Of a DNA stretch of 64,000 bases, positions 1 to 10,284 are shown piece after piece. Source of the stretch: Octopus sinensis (taxonomy: Eukaryota). The notes under the pieces were generated by a model. The model worked only from the letters and a program-made list of their open reading frames with translations. It had not been told where the DNA came from and did no database searches. The DNA lies in assembly GCF_006345805.1 (NCBI RefSeq), contig NC_043007.1, forward strand, positions 51,398,001-51,462,000, read 5' to 3'. The position numbers and the translations under genes are program-made. Within the stretch, counting starts at the first letter, position 1, and every line of letters begins with the position of its first letter.

Positions 1-2166
1 CTCTGGGGGCATTACAATCACAGGTTCTTTTCTTACATAAAAATCAAAAAGTTAATCAAATATCAAAAATACACTACCACTTTTCCCTTCCTCCTCCTCC
101 CGGACCCCAGTCAAATATCTAGCCGCCTGCAGAGCAGACCACGTTGACACCCGGGAGTTCAGAAAGAAGGCGAAATGCCTATTATCAAATGTTTGTGTCA
201 CACTGTGCCACAATTTATAACTCACCCTCAACATATTTTGTGCCCGTATCCTCCTCCATCCTCCACGCCTCATTCAAGAACAAAGCGGGTTCCATGTCGG
301 CGTCGCCCGGGTACAAGCGATATGTCTCATTGAGCCCCTCCAGCCTAAACGTCACGTCAAACGTTATGACCTCTACAGCTATCTGCGGAGGCCATTCGGG
401 ATCCTGTGTGAAGGCTAAAGGTACTCCCTTATGGTGCTTTTCCACCACCTTTTCAACCTCTCCGCTTCTATAGAAGAAGATCAATAATTCGTCTTCCTCC
501 GGGGGCGGGATATCCAATTCTTCCGTTTGTGGCACAGTTCCCGCCAACGGTATCTCTTCTCCTGCCGGTGGCACAACCATAACCGACATAGTTCCGGGAC
601 ATTCCGCTATATGTCACCGACTGCCGGCAATGTCCCGTTTCTCTTCCTCTTCCTCTTTTTTCTTTTCAACTGAGGGAGGGTGCGTCTCCTCCGTGATCGG
701 GAGATTCGCCTCCCCATCCTCATCCCTAGGATCCTTCGGTGAGCACCCATTGTTGCTCACCTTCTTCCTCTTGCGGCCCCTGTTTGCGGAGTCCTCCGCC
801 TCCTCGACCGCATTCATTCCCTCTTCTACAGATGTCTCACTAAACTGCTCCAGGACCTTACTTTGTTCCTGAGGACAGTTTTTCTTTATATGGTCAGACT
901 CCAGGCACCGATGATACCTGAGGAGGGGGCAACCTTCAAGAATCGCCGGGTACCTGCACCCGGCCATTTTAAAATAATCTGGAAAAACCAGATTGGCTTT
1001 TTGGGTCCAAAGGGTCAAAATAGCTTTTGACCCAAGCCAATCAGCCACAGGAAAAAATTTCACATTAAGGAGCTTGGCTCCGCTGCCATCCAGACCCCGG
1101 CGGATAGTCTCTTCTATCCACTCGGGTTTTATCCCGGGTGGCAACCCGCAGAGCCGAGCTTTCGTCAACCTCCTCCCATAATATGTGAGAAGAAACAAAA
1201 TTTCTTTACATCCAAGGGCTGACTCATAATTTGCGAGCCTCTTCAAGGGTATCAAATAGCAATCGCACCGTTGCGTATTTGACACCCCTGGACATGAATT
1301 TAATTGTTGGCAAATACTCTGCCAACTCCTTTTCAATTGCAGTCTTTCGAATAGGGCGATGGTGTCGAATGACTTGGAGTAGGTTCTCAACACCACCGTC
1401 CTATCTTCACGGTCTTTCAACCACTTTTTGGGCGTTACAATCTCCCACCCCAATACTTTGTCTTTTTTCATTGCCATGTTTCCCTTCTTTTTTAACAGTT
1501 CGAAAATATGTTCAAAATAAAACGAGAGAAGAAAAAAGAAATCAAAAGAAAGTCACAATAAAATGGAAAGGAGAAAAGGAAACAATTCACGAAAAAGAGA
1601 AAGTCAAATAAAGTTTAGAAGAAAGTCAATAGTTCAGAAACACAGAAAAAAAAATATTCCGGCCATTCGGTACTCCCGGCCCGGGTTTAACCCGGAATGC
1701 TACAACTGGAACACAACTTCCACAAAAACTGGTATACAAATCGTTCAATCTTCGGAGGCAAAGACACTCCCCCAAACAGCAGTTCTCACAGTTATTTTTT
1801 AATTCTTCAAAAAGTGAACAAATTTTTAGTAGGCACGATATTCCTCCAAGCAACAATTCTCATAATTAAGTGAGAAAAATATTCACTTAACATAAACCAC
1901 TAACTAGGAAGACGAATACGCCCCCAAACAAAAATTCTCACAATTAAGCGAGAAAAAATATTCGCTCCATGCAAGTAGACCAGAATTCTGAATCCAGTAA
2001 GACTTCCTGCCTGTACAAAAAAATTCTCAACAAAAATTCCCACTGGACCCAAAAAACAGAATCTTACTTACAGTGGAGCTTCAAAATTTTTCAGTTCGAG
2101 ACGGCTTCAAAAGCACGTCTCACCGCTTTGGTGCCAAACATCACAATTACTCGCACATGCGCAGTG
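1..2166 (-). mobile_element. Tx1/L1-clade non-LTR retrotransposon copy 1 (5'UTR + ORF1; runs off the left edge)
   Basis: 5'UTR (1478-2166) and ORF1 align with the plus-strand copy at 47362-49225. The 5' end CACTGCGCAT directly follows a SINE head. Confidence 0.8.
215..1477 (-). pseudogene. ORF1p (RRM-like region, degenerate zinc knuckle, acidic/basic C-terminus), frameshifted
   Basis: Track ORFs 614-1477 and 215-589 join into one ~420-aa frame once small indels are corrected against copy 2. Knuckle YHRCLESDHIKKNC fits x-X2-C-X4-H-X4-C. Confidence 0.75.
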
Positions 2167-2203
2167 GAAGCAAGCTTCTTACCACACATTCACGCCTGCG
2201 CCT
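2167..2203 (-). mobile_element. 5' head of tRNA-derived SINE (family A), cut by Tx1-like copy 1
   Basis: Minus strand reads GGCGCAGGCGTGAATGTGTGGTAAGAAGCTTGCTTC, matching the heads of intact copies at 21511-21673 and 43520-43690. Confidence 0.85.
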
Positions 2204-2228
2204 CCACACAGCCATACTTGTGTGTATG

Positions 2229-2291
<63 letters not shown>

Positions 2292-2532
2292 GGGATTGAG
2301 TGAGAGAGAGAAGCATAAATTTGTAGTATTAGCAGAGAATCGTGTGGCTGCCACAGAAAGCTCCTCTCACAGACTCGGCTATCAGACCACGTACTAATCC
2401 AATACAGAGAAGTGGAATGCAATGTGTCGATGCATCTGAAATACAGACAATCTAATCAATGATATTACTTCATGAAAAGTATATAAACCATAAGAGGAGG
2501 TATAAAAGATGAATATATTTATTTAACCACAT

Positions 2533-2650
2533 GACATCCTTAGAATTACGGCCATTTCGCATCATTTATTAATTAGTACATAATTTGTTCCACACTGAAA
2601 CTATTACTACATGAAAAAGGGTGCAAAACGGCCGCAATCCTAGGAATGTC
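2533..2650. mobile_element. Small MITE-like element with imperfect ~26-bp terminal inverted repeats
   Basis: Left end GACATCCTTAGAATTACGGCCATTT versus reverse complement of right end GACATTCCTAGGATTGCGGCCGTTT. Confidence 0.45.
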
Positions 2651-3100
2651 AAGTGCTTAAATAAATATATTCTACTCTCATACTTCCTGATATTTCAAGC
2701 TTTATGTAGACATATACACATTCCATCCCTATGTATACACACACATACACACATATATGTATACACACAGACACATATAAACATATAAAATGTGTGAATA
2801 TATATATATGTCTGTGTGTGGCTCTGTGTGTGTGTATGTATGTATGTATGTATGTATGTATGTATGTAGTATGTATGTATGTATGTATGTAAAATCCAAA
2901 TCGAGAGAGTGGAACGAGTAAAGCCAGGTTGCATATGTTTCCTAACTAGCAGATCCTCTGATGTAGTAATTACTCAAGGAGGGGTACTCAATAGCTATTC
3001 ATTACATTGAAGATACCTTAGTTATATGAAGGTTACATTGTCGTTAAGGAATCTCGCGAAAAATTTGTAATTATATAATTTCAAATTATACTTAAGGATC

Positions 3101-3158
3101 GATGTAATCAACTTAGCTCTCCCATGAAATTGCTAACCTTGTACCAAAATCTGAAACC
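3101..3158 (+). mobile_element. 3' end of SINE family D
   Basis: GATGTAATCAACTTAGC...GTACCAAAATCTGAAACC followed by a short ATT tail; matches the family D 3' ends at 16400 and 35537. Confidence 0.6.
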
Positions 3159-3172
3159 ATTATAATGATTAT

Positions 3173-4680
3173 TTATTGTCTTTACACAGCTTCTAACGCA
3201 GGAGATGTACTACGGTGCCAGCTGTTCTTTACCAGTGAACTAAGGTAACACCCCTCATTTTTCGAGCACCAACCGGAGTATTCGAGCGGTTCCAAGCAGT
3301 GCTATTTTCTGAAAGTGCGCCACCCTTATTTTGCAGCCCTTATTTGTTCCATGTAGTTCTCAACATTTTTACTCACTAGCCCCAGGACTCCGACAATTAT
3401 CAGTACTACTCCCACCTTTTTCAGCGATCACAACTGCTTAACCTCCCAAGTTCACCTGTCATATGTATCCACTTTTCTTTGTTCCTTATCGCATAACTTG
3501 TTGTCAGCTGGGCATGTTATATCTATGATCCAGCATCATTTGGTTTCTTTCTGAATTAGCACTACGTTTGGTTTCCTATTCTTTATCTTATGGTCGCACT
3601 GAATCATAAAATCCCATAGGATCTTTGTATTATCATTTTCGATGATGCCTTCGGGTTTATGTTCGTACAACTATTTTGCTCTGACAAGTCTATACTTGTT
3701 GCAAAGTGTCCAATGGACAATACTTGCTATATTGTCATAACATCTCTTATATTCTTTCTGGGCTAGTGGCGTAGATTGACTGGTAATATACCATACGATT
3801 TCACCGTTTTATCCACAAATTCTGCACTTATCACTTTCTGATATATTGTCTATTCTGTATTTGATCGAAATTGTACTTAATGCTTGCTCTTGGGCAGCAC
3901 AGATTAAAGCATCCATTTCCGTTTTAAATCACTTTTAATCATCCATAGCCATCTTTTTTTCTATCTCTCGTATCTTCAACATCCCTATGAAATTGTCCAT
4001 GCAGTCTTTTCTTTATCCACCTATTTTCAGTTTCATTCATTCTCAAGTCCTTGTACAAGGCCTTATCTTTGCAATCTTCCATCCTACACAAACTTGACCT
4101 TCTTACTTCCACCAACAATAGTGGTTCTGTGGCATTCTCATATACCATGCTATGTTGTTTTCTTCTACTCTAATGCTATGTTCGCATCCTGTCAGTCCTC
4201 TTCCACCTCTTTCTCTTGGTACATACAGTCTGTCACTTTTTGGGTGGAGTATCCCATATCTACTCAGCAACTTCCTTGCCTTTCTAAGTTGTTTAGTTCG
4301 TCTACTGTCCATGCGATTACTCCTGCTCCATGTCTTAGTGAAGTTACCCAGATGTTGATAGCTTCAATCTTATTCCGATCGTTAAATTTTGACTTAATCT
4401 CGTTAGTTCGTCCATATATTTGATTTTGCCTCGCTTCAATACTAACCACTCTTCAATACTAACTTCGCTTCAATACTAACACACCACACTTTCTCAGTCC
4501 GAACTCCATTCTGATATCAGCATTGAAGGTATACACCGTGTCAACAAGGGCTTCATCTTTACTATAAAGTTTGAGGTCGTCCATAAATAACAAATGGTTG
4601 AGTTCTTGTTGGCGGTTTTTGAATACACACCTAGCTTTTGCTTTCCTGAGAGTCAGTGTCAGTGGTATCAAGTATAGTAC
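3173..4680 (-). mobile_element. R4/Dong-type non-LTR element, 5'-truncated and decayed (copy D)
   Basis: Fragments ELNHLLFMDDLKLYSK (RT motif), HPKSDRLYVPRERGGRGL and terminal ALLGTARILR; 3' end abuts an AAT-like tract. Confidence 0.85.
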
Positions 4681-4695
4681 ATTATTATTATTATT

Positions 4696-5241
4696 GAGTG
4701 AGAGAGCAGTGCATGCCATCAAAGTGACACTGCGGTAAAATATACGAAGCCCAATATACCCATCATGACTACCCGTCTCATAAGGGTACACCAGGCACAT
4801 GCATCACAACCATATGTGCGCGACATAGTGATCTCATATCAAGATAAACAGCACATGACCTTACAGGTGGGGCCCAGTTAGAATTTTCTTCAGGTTGAGT
4901 AGCCCATCCCGCTCAAAAGGTCCCAGAATAAGGGTTGTTTAAGGATGTTGAAAGAACCACCCATGTTTCCAGAGGTGAATTATTCAAACCCCAAAGAGTC
5001 TCTCTCAACACATGGCTATGATGCTACCCCACTACTTCTGCTCGTGATCAGAGATGCACATATCGTCAGCCACTAAGGGACATGCTCAACTGGTTATGGT
5101 CAAACAACTGACAAGCAAATCTGTGGTATTGAGCAGAATATTTGCTGTAGCCCATCTTTTATACCAAGACAAAACAATGTACATGATAACACTTCCAATC
5201 AGTTAAGATCAAAAGCCATAAGAGCCACTGTCTGGTACTGC
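4696..5241 (-). mobile_element. ~545-bp non-coding repeat with (AAT)n tail (family N545)
   Basis: Bounded by ATT tracts on both sides; homologous to 53398-53941 (+) and 54004-54335 (-); no ORF. Confidence 0.8.
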
Positions 5242-5270
5242 ATTATTATTATTATTATTATTATTATTAT

Positions 5271-5313
5271 GTTTTTTCCTTCTTTCTTCAAATTTTCTTC
5301 CGTTTCTCGCCGA

Positions 5314-5346
<33 letters not shown>

Positions 5347-5390
5347 GTTTTTTCCTTCTTTCTTCAAATTTTCTTCCGTTTCTCGCCGAT
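5271..5390. repeat. Two identical 44-bp units separated by (ATT)n (period 76)
   Basis: GTTTTTTCCTTCTTTCTTCAAATTTTCTTCCGTTTCTCGCCGAT at 5271-5314 and 5347-5390. Confidence 0.9.
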
Positions 5391-5413
5391 ATTATTATTA
5401 TTATTATTATTAT

Positions 5414-5877
5414 TTGAGAAGTTGTACAGTATATAATATCGTGGGGTTGTTGATAGAAGATATTGTGTCTGTCGGAAGTTTGTACAGTTTTTCAAGTTGC
5501 AACAAGGACCTCAGACAGACAGTACTTTACGCAAAATGCTTGCAGTTTCAAGTAATGCCGACTTTTGCGGTACATCTAGATTGTATGGTATTTCTAAGGT
5601 TTTCAGATGTGTTTTCAGATTGTGTGGTATTGAACCCAATGCTCCGATGACAATAGGGATAACCTTTATGTTCAACTCTGGTAGCTACCACATCTTAGCG
5701 ATCTCAATTCTCACGTCTCTATATTTATCAACTTGTTCTTTCATGATGATATATTGATCTCCTGGTACTGCTACGTCGATTATTAGGTACTCTTGTTTGT
5801 CCCTCCTAAAGGTTACTATATCCAGCCTTCGGTGCTCTAACACTTTGTCTGCCTGGAAATCATAGTCCCAGAGGATC
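5414..5877 (-). mobile_element. R4/Dong-type 3' fragment (copy E; endonuclease C-terminus + 3'UTR)
   Basis: Minus strand translates to LIIDVAVPGD, VIPIVIGALG and QKSALLETASILRKVLSV*; (AAT)n tail. Confidence 0.8.
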
Positions 5878-5884
5878 TAGCAAA

Positions 5885-6079
5885 GTCGTTAGCGCGCTCG
5901 ACGAAATGCTTAACGGTATTTCACCCGTCGCTATGTTCTGAGTTCAAATTCCGCCGAGTCCGACTTTGCCTTTCATCCTTTCGGAGTCTGTGAAATAAGT
6001 ACCAGTGAAAGACTGGAGGCGATGCAATCGACTAGTCCTCTCCCCTAAAATTCCAGGCCTCGTACCTATAGTAGAAAGG

Positions 6080-6080
<1 letters not shown>
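5885..6080 (+). mobile_element. tRNA-derived SINE family D (Meta-like core), with (ATT)n tail
   Basis: B box GAGTTCAAATTCC; core GACTTTGCCTTTCATCCTTTCGG...AAGTACCAG; ATT tail at 6080-6112. The Meta-domain assignment is from recall. Confidence 0.8.
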
Positions 6081-6112
<32 letters not shown>

Positions 6113-6115
<3 letters not shown>

Positions 6116-8486
6116 TAGTTTTATTTTTATAGCGTGCTTTCACTTCACTACCGAGCGCAGCTCTGTGTGCCTTGGGTATGTGCTGTGATTTGTTGTGATG
6201 CTCTGATGGTTACTGTACTGAAAGTGTTCTGCGTAGGATGTGTGCAGTGCCTAGTAGTGCAATTTTCTGTATGTTATATATGTTTGTAAGTCCTGGTGTT
6301 TTTGTTATGTATTTGTCTGAATATTTTTTTATCATGCCTAATGCACCTACTATGATAGGAATTGTTTCTGTTTTTAGATTCCACAGTCTGGTTACCTCTA
6401 TTTCCAGGTCTTTGTATTTTGAAAGTTTCTCCATTTCTTTTAGAGACACGTTGTCATCTGCCGGTATTGATACATCAATTAGAAAGCATTTTTTTCTTCA
6501 TGATCTCTGACAACTATATCTGGTCTGTTGGCCTTAATTTCTCTCTCTGTGTGTATCGGCATATCCCAGAGTATGGTTGCTTTCTCGTTTTCTGTGACCT
6601 TTTCTGGTGTGTGCCTATACCATCTTTTTTCTGTTGTTATTCCATAATGTTGGCATAGCTTCCAGTGTATGTAGGTTCCAACTCTGTCATGTCTATGAAT
6701 ATAATCCTTCTTAGCTAGGACTGGGCAGTCAGATATAACGTGATTTATTGTTTCTTGTCCATCTCCACATATTCTGCAGTTACTTGTTATATTTCTTTTC
6801 ATTACATGTTTTTGGTAATTTCTGGTATGGATGCTTTGGTCTTGTGTTGCAATTAAAAATCCCTCTGTCTCTGCTTTGAGTCCTGAGCTTCTCAAACATT
6901 GCTGGGATTTACCATGAAAGGGCTTTTCTTGCCATCGTTTTATCATGGTTCTTTGCTGTTTTAGTTTTAGTTTGGATTTCATTTGTTTTATAGCTTTTGT
7001 TGTTTCTTCATATTTGTTAGGTGGTATGATTTCTTGTTTGTATTTGTCAGCTTCCTTAAATACTGAGAACAGCTTTTTGTTTTGCTCGTGTTTTGCCCCT
7101 ATTTGTATCAGTTTTCCTTCCTTCTGAAGTAGATATTTTTGCAGTCCTATGGTGGTTATTTTATAGTAGTTTTCCAGCTGTATAAGGCCTCTACCACCTT
7201 CTATACGTTGTATATATAGTCTTTCTATGTCAGATTTTGGGCGATGCATCCTAGATCCTGTCATTATTCTTCTTGTTTTCCTATCTATTTTGGTCAGTTC
7301 ATTTAGTGTCCAGTTAAGGATATTGTAGCTGTAACTTATAACTGGGACAGCTAAAGTGTTAATACCTATTATCTTGTTTTTAGCATTGAGCTCTGCTTTT
7401 AGTAATGATCTAACTCTTCTAAAATATTCTTTTTTTATTTTGTCTTTCATTTGTGTGTGTTGTGTCTTATCTAGTTCATGGATTCTTAAGTACTTGTAAG
7501 TTTGGCTTTGGTCTAATTCTTTTATTTCATTGGGTTTATCTAGTGTAATGTTGCTACTCTTAACTAGTTTTCCTTTTTTCAGGGTTACTTTGGCGCATTT
7601 TTCTAATCCAAACTTCATATCTATTTCTTTGGTAAATCCATGAATTGTCTTTAATAGTGTTTCCAGCTGTTTGTCATTTGCAGCGTATAGTTTTAGCTCA
7701 TCCATATATAAAAGGTGGCTGATCGTTTTGCCGTAACATTTATATCCGCATCCAGTTCTATTTAGCATATCAGATAGAGGTGACAGTGCCAAGTAGAAAA
7801 GGAGTGGAGAGAGCGTGTCTCCCTGGAATATTCCTCTTCTAATGGGGATGGCTTTGGTTTTCATGAGACCCTCTTTTGTTTGGAGCTGTAGCACTGTTTG
7901 CCATTTATTCATAGAGTGTCCTATGAATTTTATAATTGTTGATGCTACTTTGTTAATGGCTAGTGTTTCGAGGATCCATGTGTGGGGGATGCTATCAAAC
8001 GCCTTTTTGTAGTCGATCCAGGCCATACTGAGGCTTTTCTTCTTTCTGTGGCTGTCTTCAGTTATGGCTTTATTAATCATTAGTTGATCTTTACAGCCAT
8101 ATGAGCCTTTGCGGCATCCTTTCTGCTCTTCTGGAAACAGGTTGTTTTCGTCCAGGTGCTTGTTCAACCTTTGCGATATCACTGCAGTAAATGCCTTGTA
8201 CATTGTAGGGAGACAGGTTATTGGTCTGTAGTTTTCTGGTTTTGCTGTCTCATTTGATTTAGGAATTAAGATGGTTTTCCCATTCGTGAGCCATTCTGGC
8301 ATTGTCTCTGGCTCTGCTAGTATGTTGTTAAAGTTTTCATCCAGCTTTTTGTGCATTCCTGTTAGATATTTCAACCAGAAGTTGGGTATCTTGTCATGCC
8401 CAGGTGCCTTCCAGTTGCTTAGTCTTTGCAGTGCCTGGATGACCTCTTCGGTTGTTATGGGGATCCAAAGTTGCTCAGATGCTGAG

Positions 8487-8490
<4 letters not shown>
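6113..8490 (-). mobile_element. R4/Dong-type element copy A (5'-truncated, ~2.4 kb)
   Basis: Flanked by (ATT)n at 6080-6112 and 8491-8554; 3' terminus AATAAAACTACTG+(AAT)n; nearly identical to copy B over the shared part. Confidence 0.92.
6210..8374 (-). pseudogene. RT + CCHC finger + restriction-like endonuclease (631-aa ORF plus frameshifted C-terminus)
   Basis: Motifs NYRPITCL, IDYKKAFDS, GIFQGDTLSP, YMDE (for YMDD), CRIC..ETINH..C, RHD, NRPDI and KCFLIDVSIP; frame broken in an A run near 6490. Confidence 0.92.
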
Positions 8491-8554
<64 letters not shown>

Positions 8555-8556
<2 letters not shown>

Positions 8557-10129
8557 GTTAGACTTTTGCTTTGCATTTATACAAGTTGACTCTAAGTCTT
8601 ACCCAGAGTCCTCAAGAGACAACAAGTTAGAAGTTCACATAGAGAATGTTTAAGAAACCATTAAAAATTGAGTTTGTTTTAAAATTTGAGATTACATAGA
8701 CAGTATTTTACGTAGGATATGGGCAGTTCCCATGAGCACTATCCTTTGAATTACTGCAATTTTGGGGTTTCCTTGTATCTGAGCAAGGTAGGAATCAGCC
8801 CCTTTTGCTATCATTCCTAGGGCACCTATGACAACAGGAATTGTTTTAGTTTTGAGGTTCCACATTTTGCCAATTTCTATATCAAGATCTTTATACTTGC
8901 TCAGTTTTTGGTAGGTCTTGGCATATACATTTATGTTGATTGGAACATTTATATCAATGTCTGGCCTATTCGAATCTATCTTTCTGTCAGTTTGAATAAA
9001 GTTCCAGATGTGATCATTTTCAAGCACTGGAGGTGGTTTTGTGTTCCCACCAGTTCTTATCATGGGGCAGGAACCAGTGAATATATTGTGCTGTTCTATC
9101 ATGCCTGTTGAGATACTCTGTAGGCGCAAGAAGACTGCACATGGTGGCAACATGATGAATGATCTCATTTTACTGTTGACATACACGACATCTTGGGCTA
9201 CTACCGTTCTTTAATATGTTCGCCTGGTAGTTCCTTGTGGGTAGGTATAGATAAACCATTCTGTTTCTGATTCTAAGCCAAAAGCCATTAACCATTGATT
9301 GGTAAGGGCTTTGTCAACATCGGCAGTATTAGCTCTCTTTGGGTATTTGCCATTGAGAGGTTTTTCTTGCCATTTATCAGTAAGAATATCTAAGGCAGCA
9401 GTTTTAGCATGTGTTTTCATACGCTTAGCTTTTTCTGTGCTTATTTCTAGTATGTCTAATTCTGGAATTTGTTGTATTTGGAAATCACTTAATTCCTTTA
9501 CCTGTTTTGTTACTGAGTATGATGCTTTCTTGTTTTCATGCTTTGAGAGCAGTTTTAACATCTAGTCATCAGAGTTTTTCAGGTAGGTATCTAGGCCAAT
9601 TGTAGCAATCTTCATTGTTAATTCCGGTTGTAAAAGATCACGGCCACCCTCTTTTCTTGGCAGGTAAAGTCGTTCTGTATCTGCCTTAGGGTGGTGCATT
9701 CTATGCATTATCAACAATTTTCGTATTTTTCTGTCAAGCTTACGTATTTCAGTAAATGACCAGTTAATGGTATTGAAACTGTAAGTCACGACTGGTATGG
9801 CTACAGTATAGATCGTTTCGATCCTATGCTTGCATTCATCTCAGTCTTAAGTATTGATCTCACTCTGCGATAATATTCTCTTCTGATTTTTTCTCTCCTC
9901 ACTAAATGTTTGATTCAAATACCCCTAGGTATTTGTAGCTCTCCGCTGGTTCTAACTCCTTTATGACATTCTGCTGGTCAATTTTAACGTTGGATGTTTC
10001 TCTCATTTTTCCTTTACTTTTACCTGTCTTCGTGTTGAGCATGTGTACATTTGCCTTAGGCTGGAGGACACCGTGCATTGTCATTGTCTTTCTGGTAGTG
10101 CCATCAGTTGGTCAATCCCCGCTTGTATC

Positions 10130-10130
<1 letters not shown>
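8555..10130 (-). mobile_element. Older R4/Dong-type subfamily copy C (many stops and frameshifts)
   Basis: Fragments YKYLG, MHHPKADTERLYLPRKEGGR, WQEKPLNG, NRPDI and LMGTAHILRKILSM*; ATT tracts at both ends. Confidence 0.85.
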
Positions 10131-10182
<52 letters not shown>

Positions 10183-10205
10183 TATTATTATTATTATTAT
10201 TATTA

Positions 10206-10253
<48 letters not shown>

Positions 10254-10284
10254 CATTATTATTATTATTATTACTACTATTATT

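Noticed and set aside
5241-5413. Repeat-spacer pattern superficially like CRISPR
   Set aside because: Only two units, the spacers are microsatellite, the context is eukaryotic, and there are no cas genes.
6480-6500. Programmed ribosomal frameshift at the A run before the endonuclease C-terminus
   Set aside because: Copies A and B need different shifts (7 versus 6 A); R4 elements normally have one continuous ORF; slippage or sequencing error is simpler.
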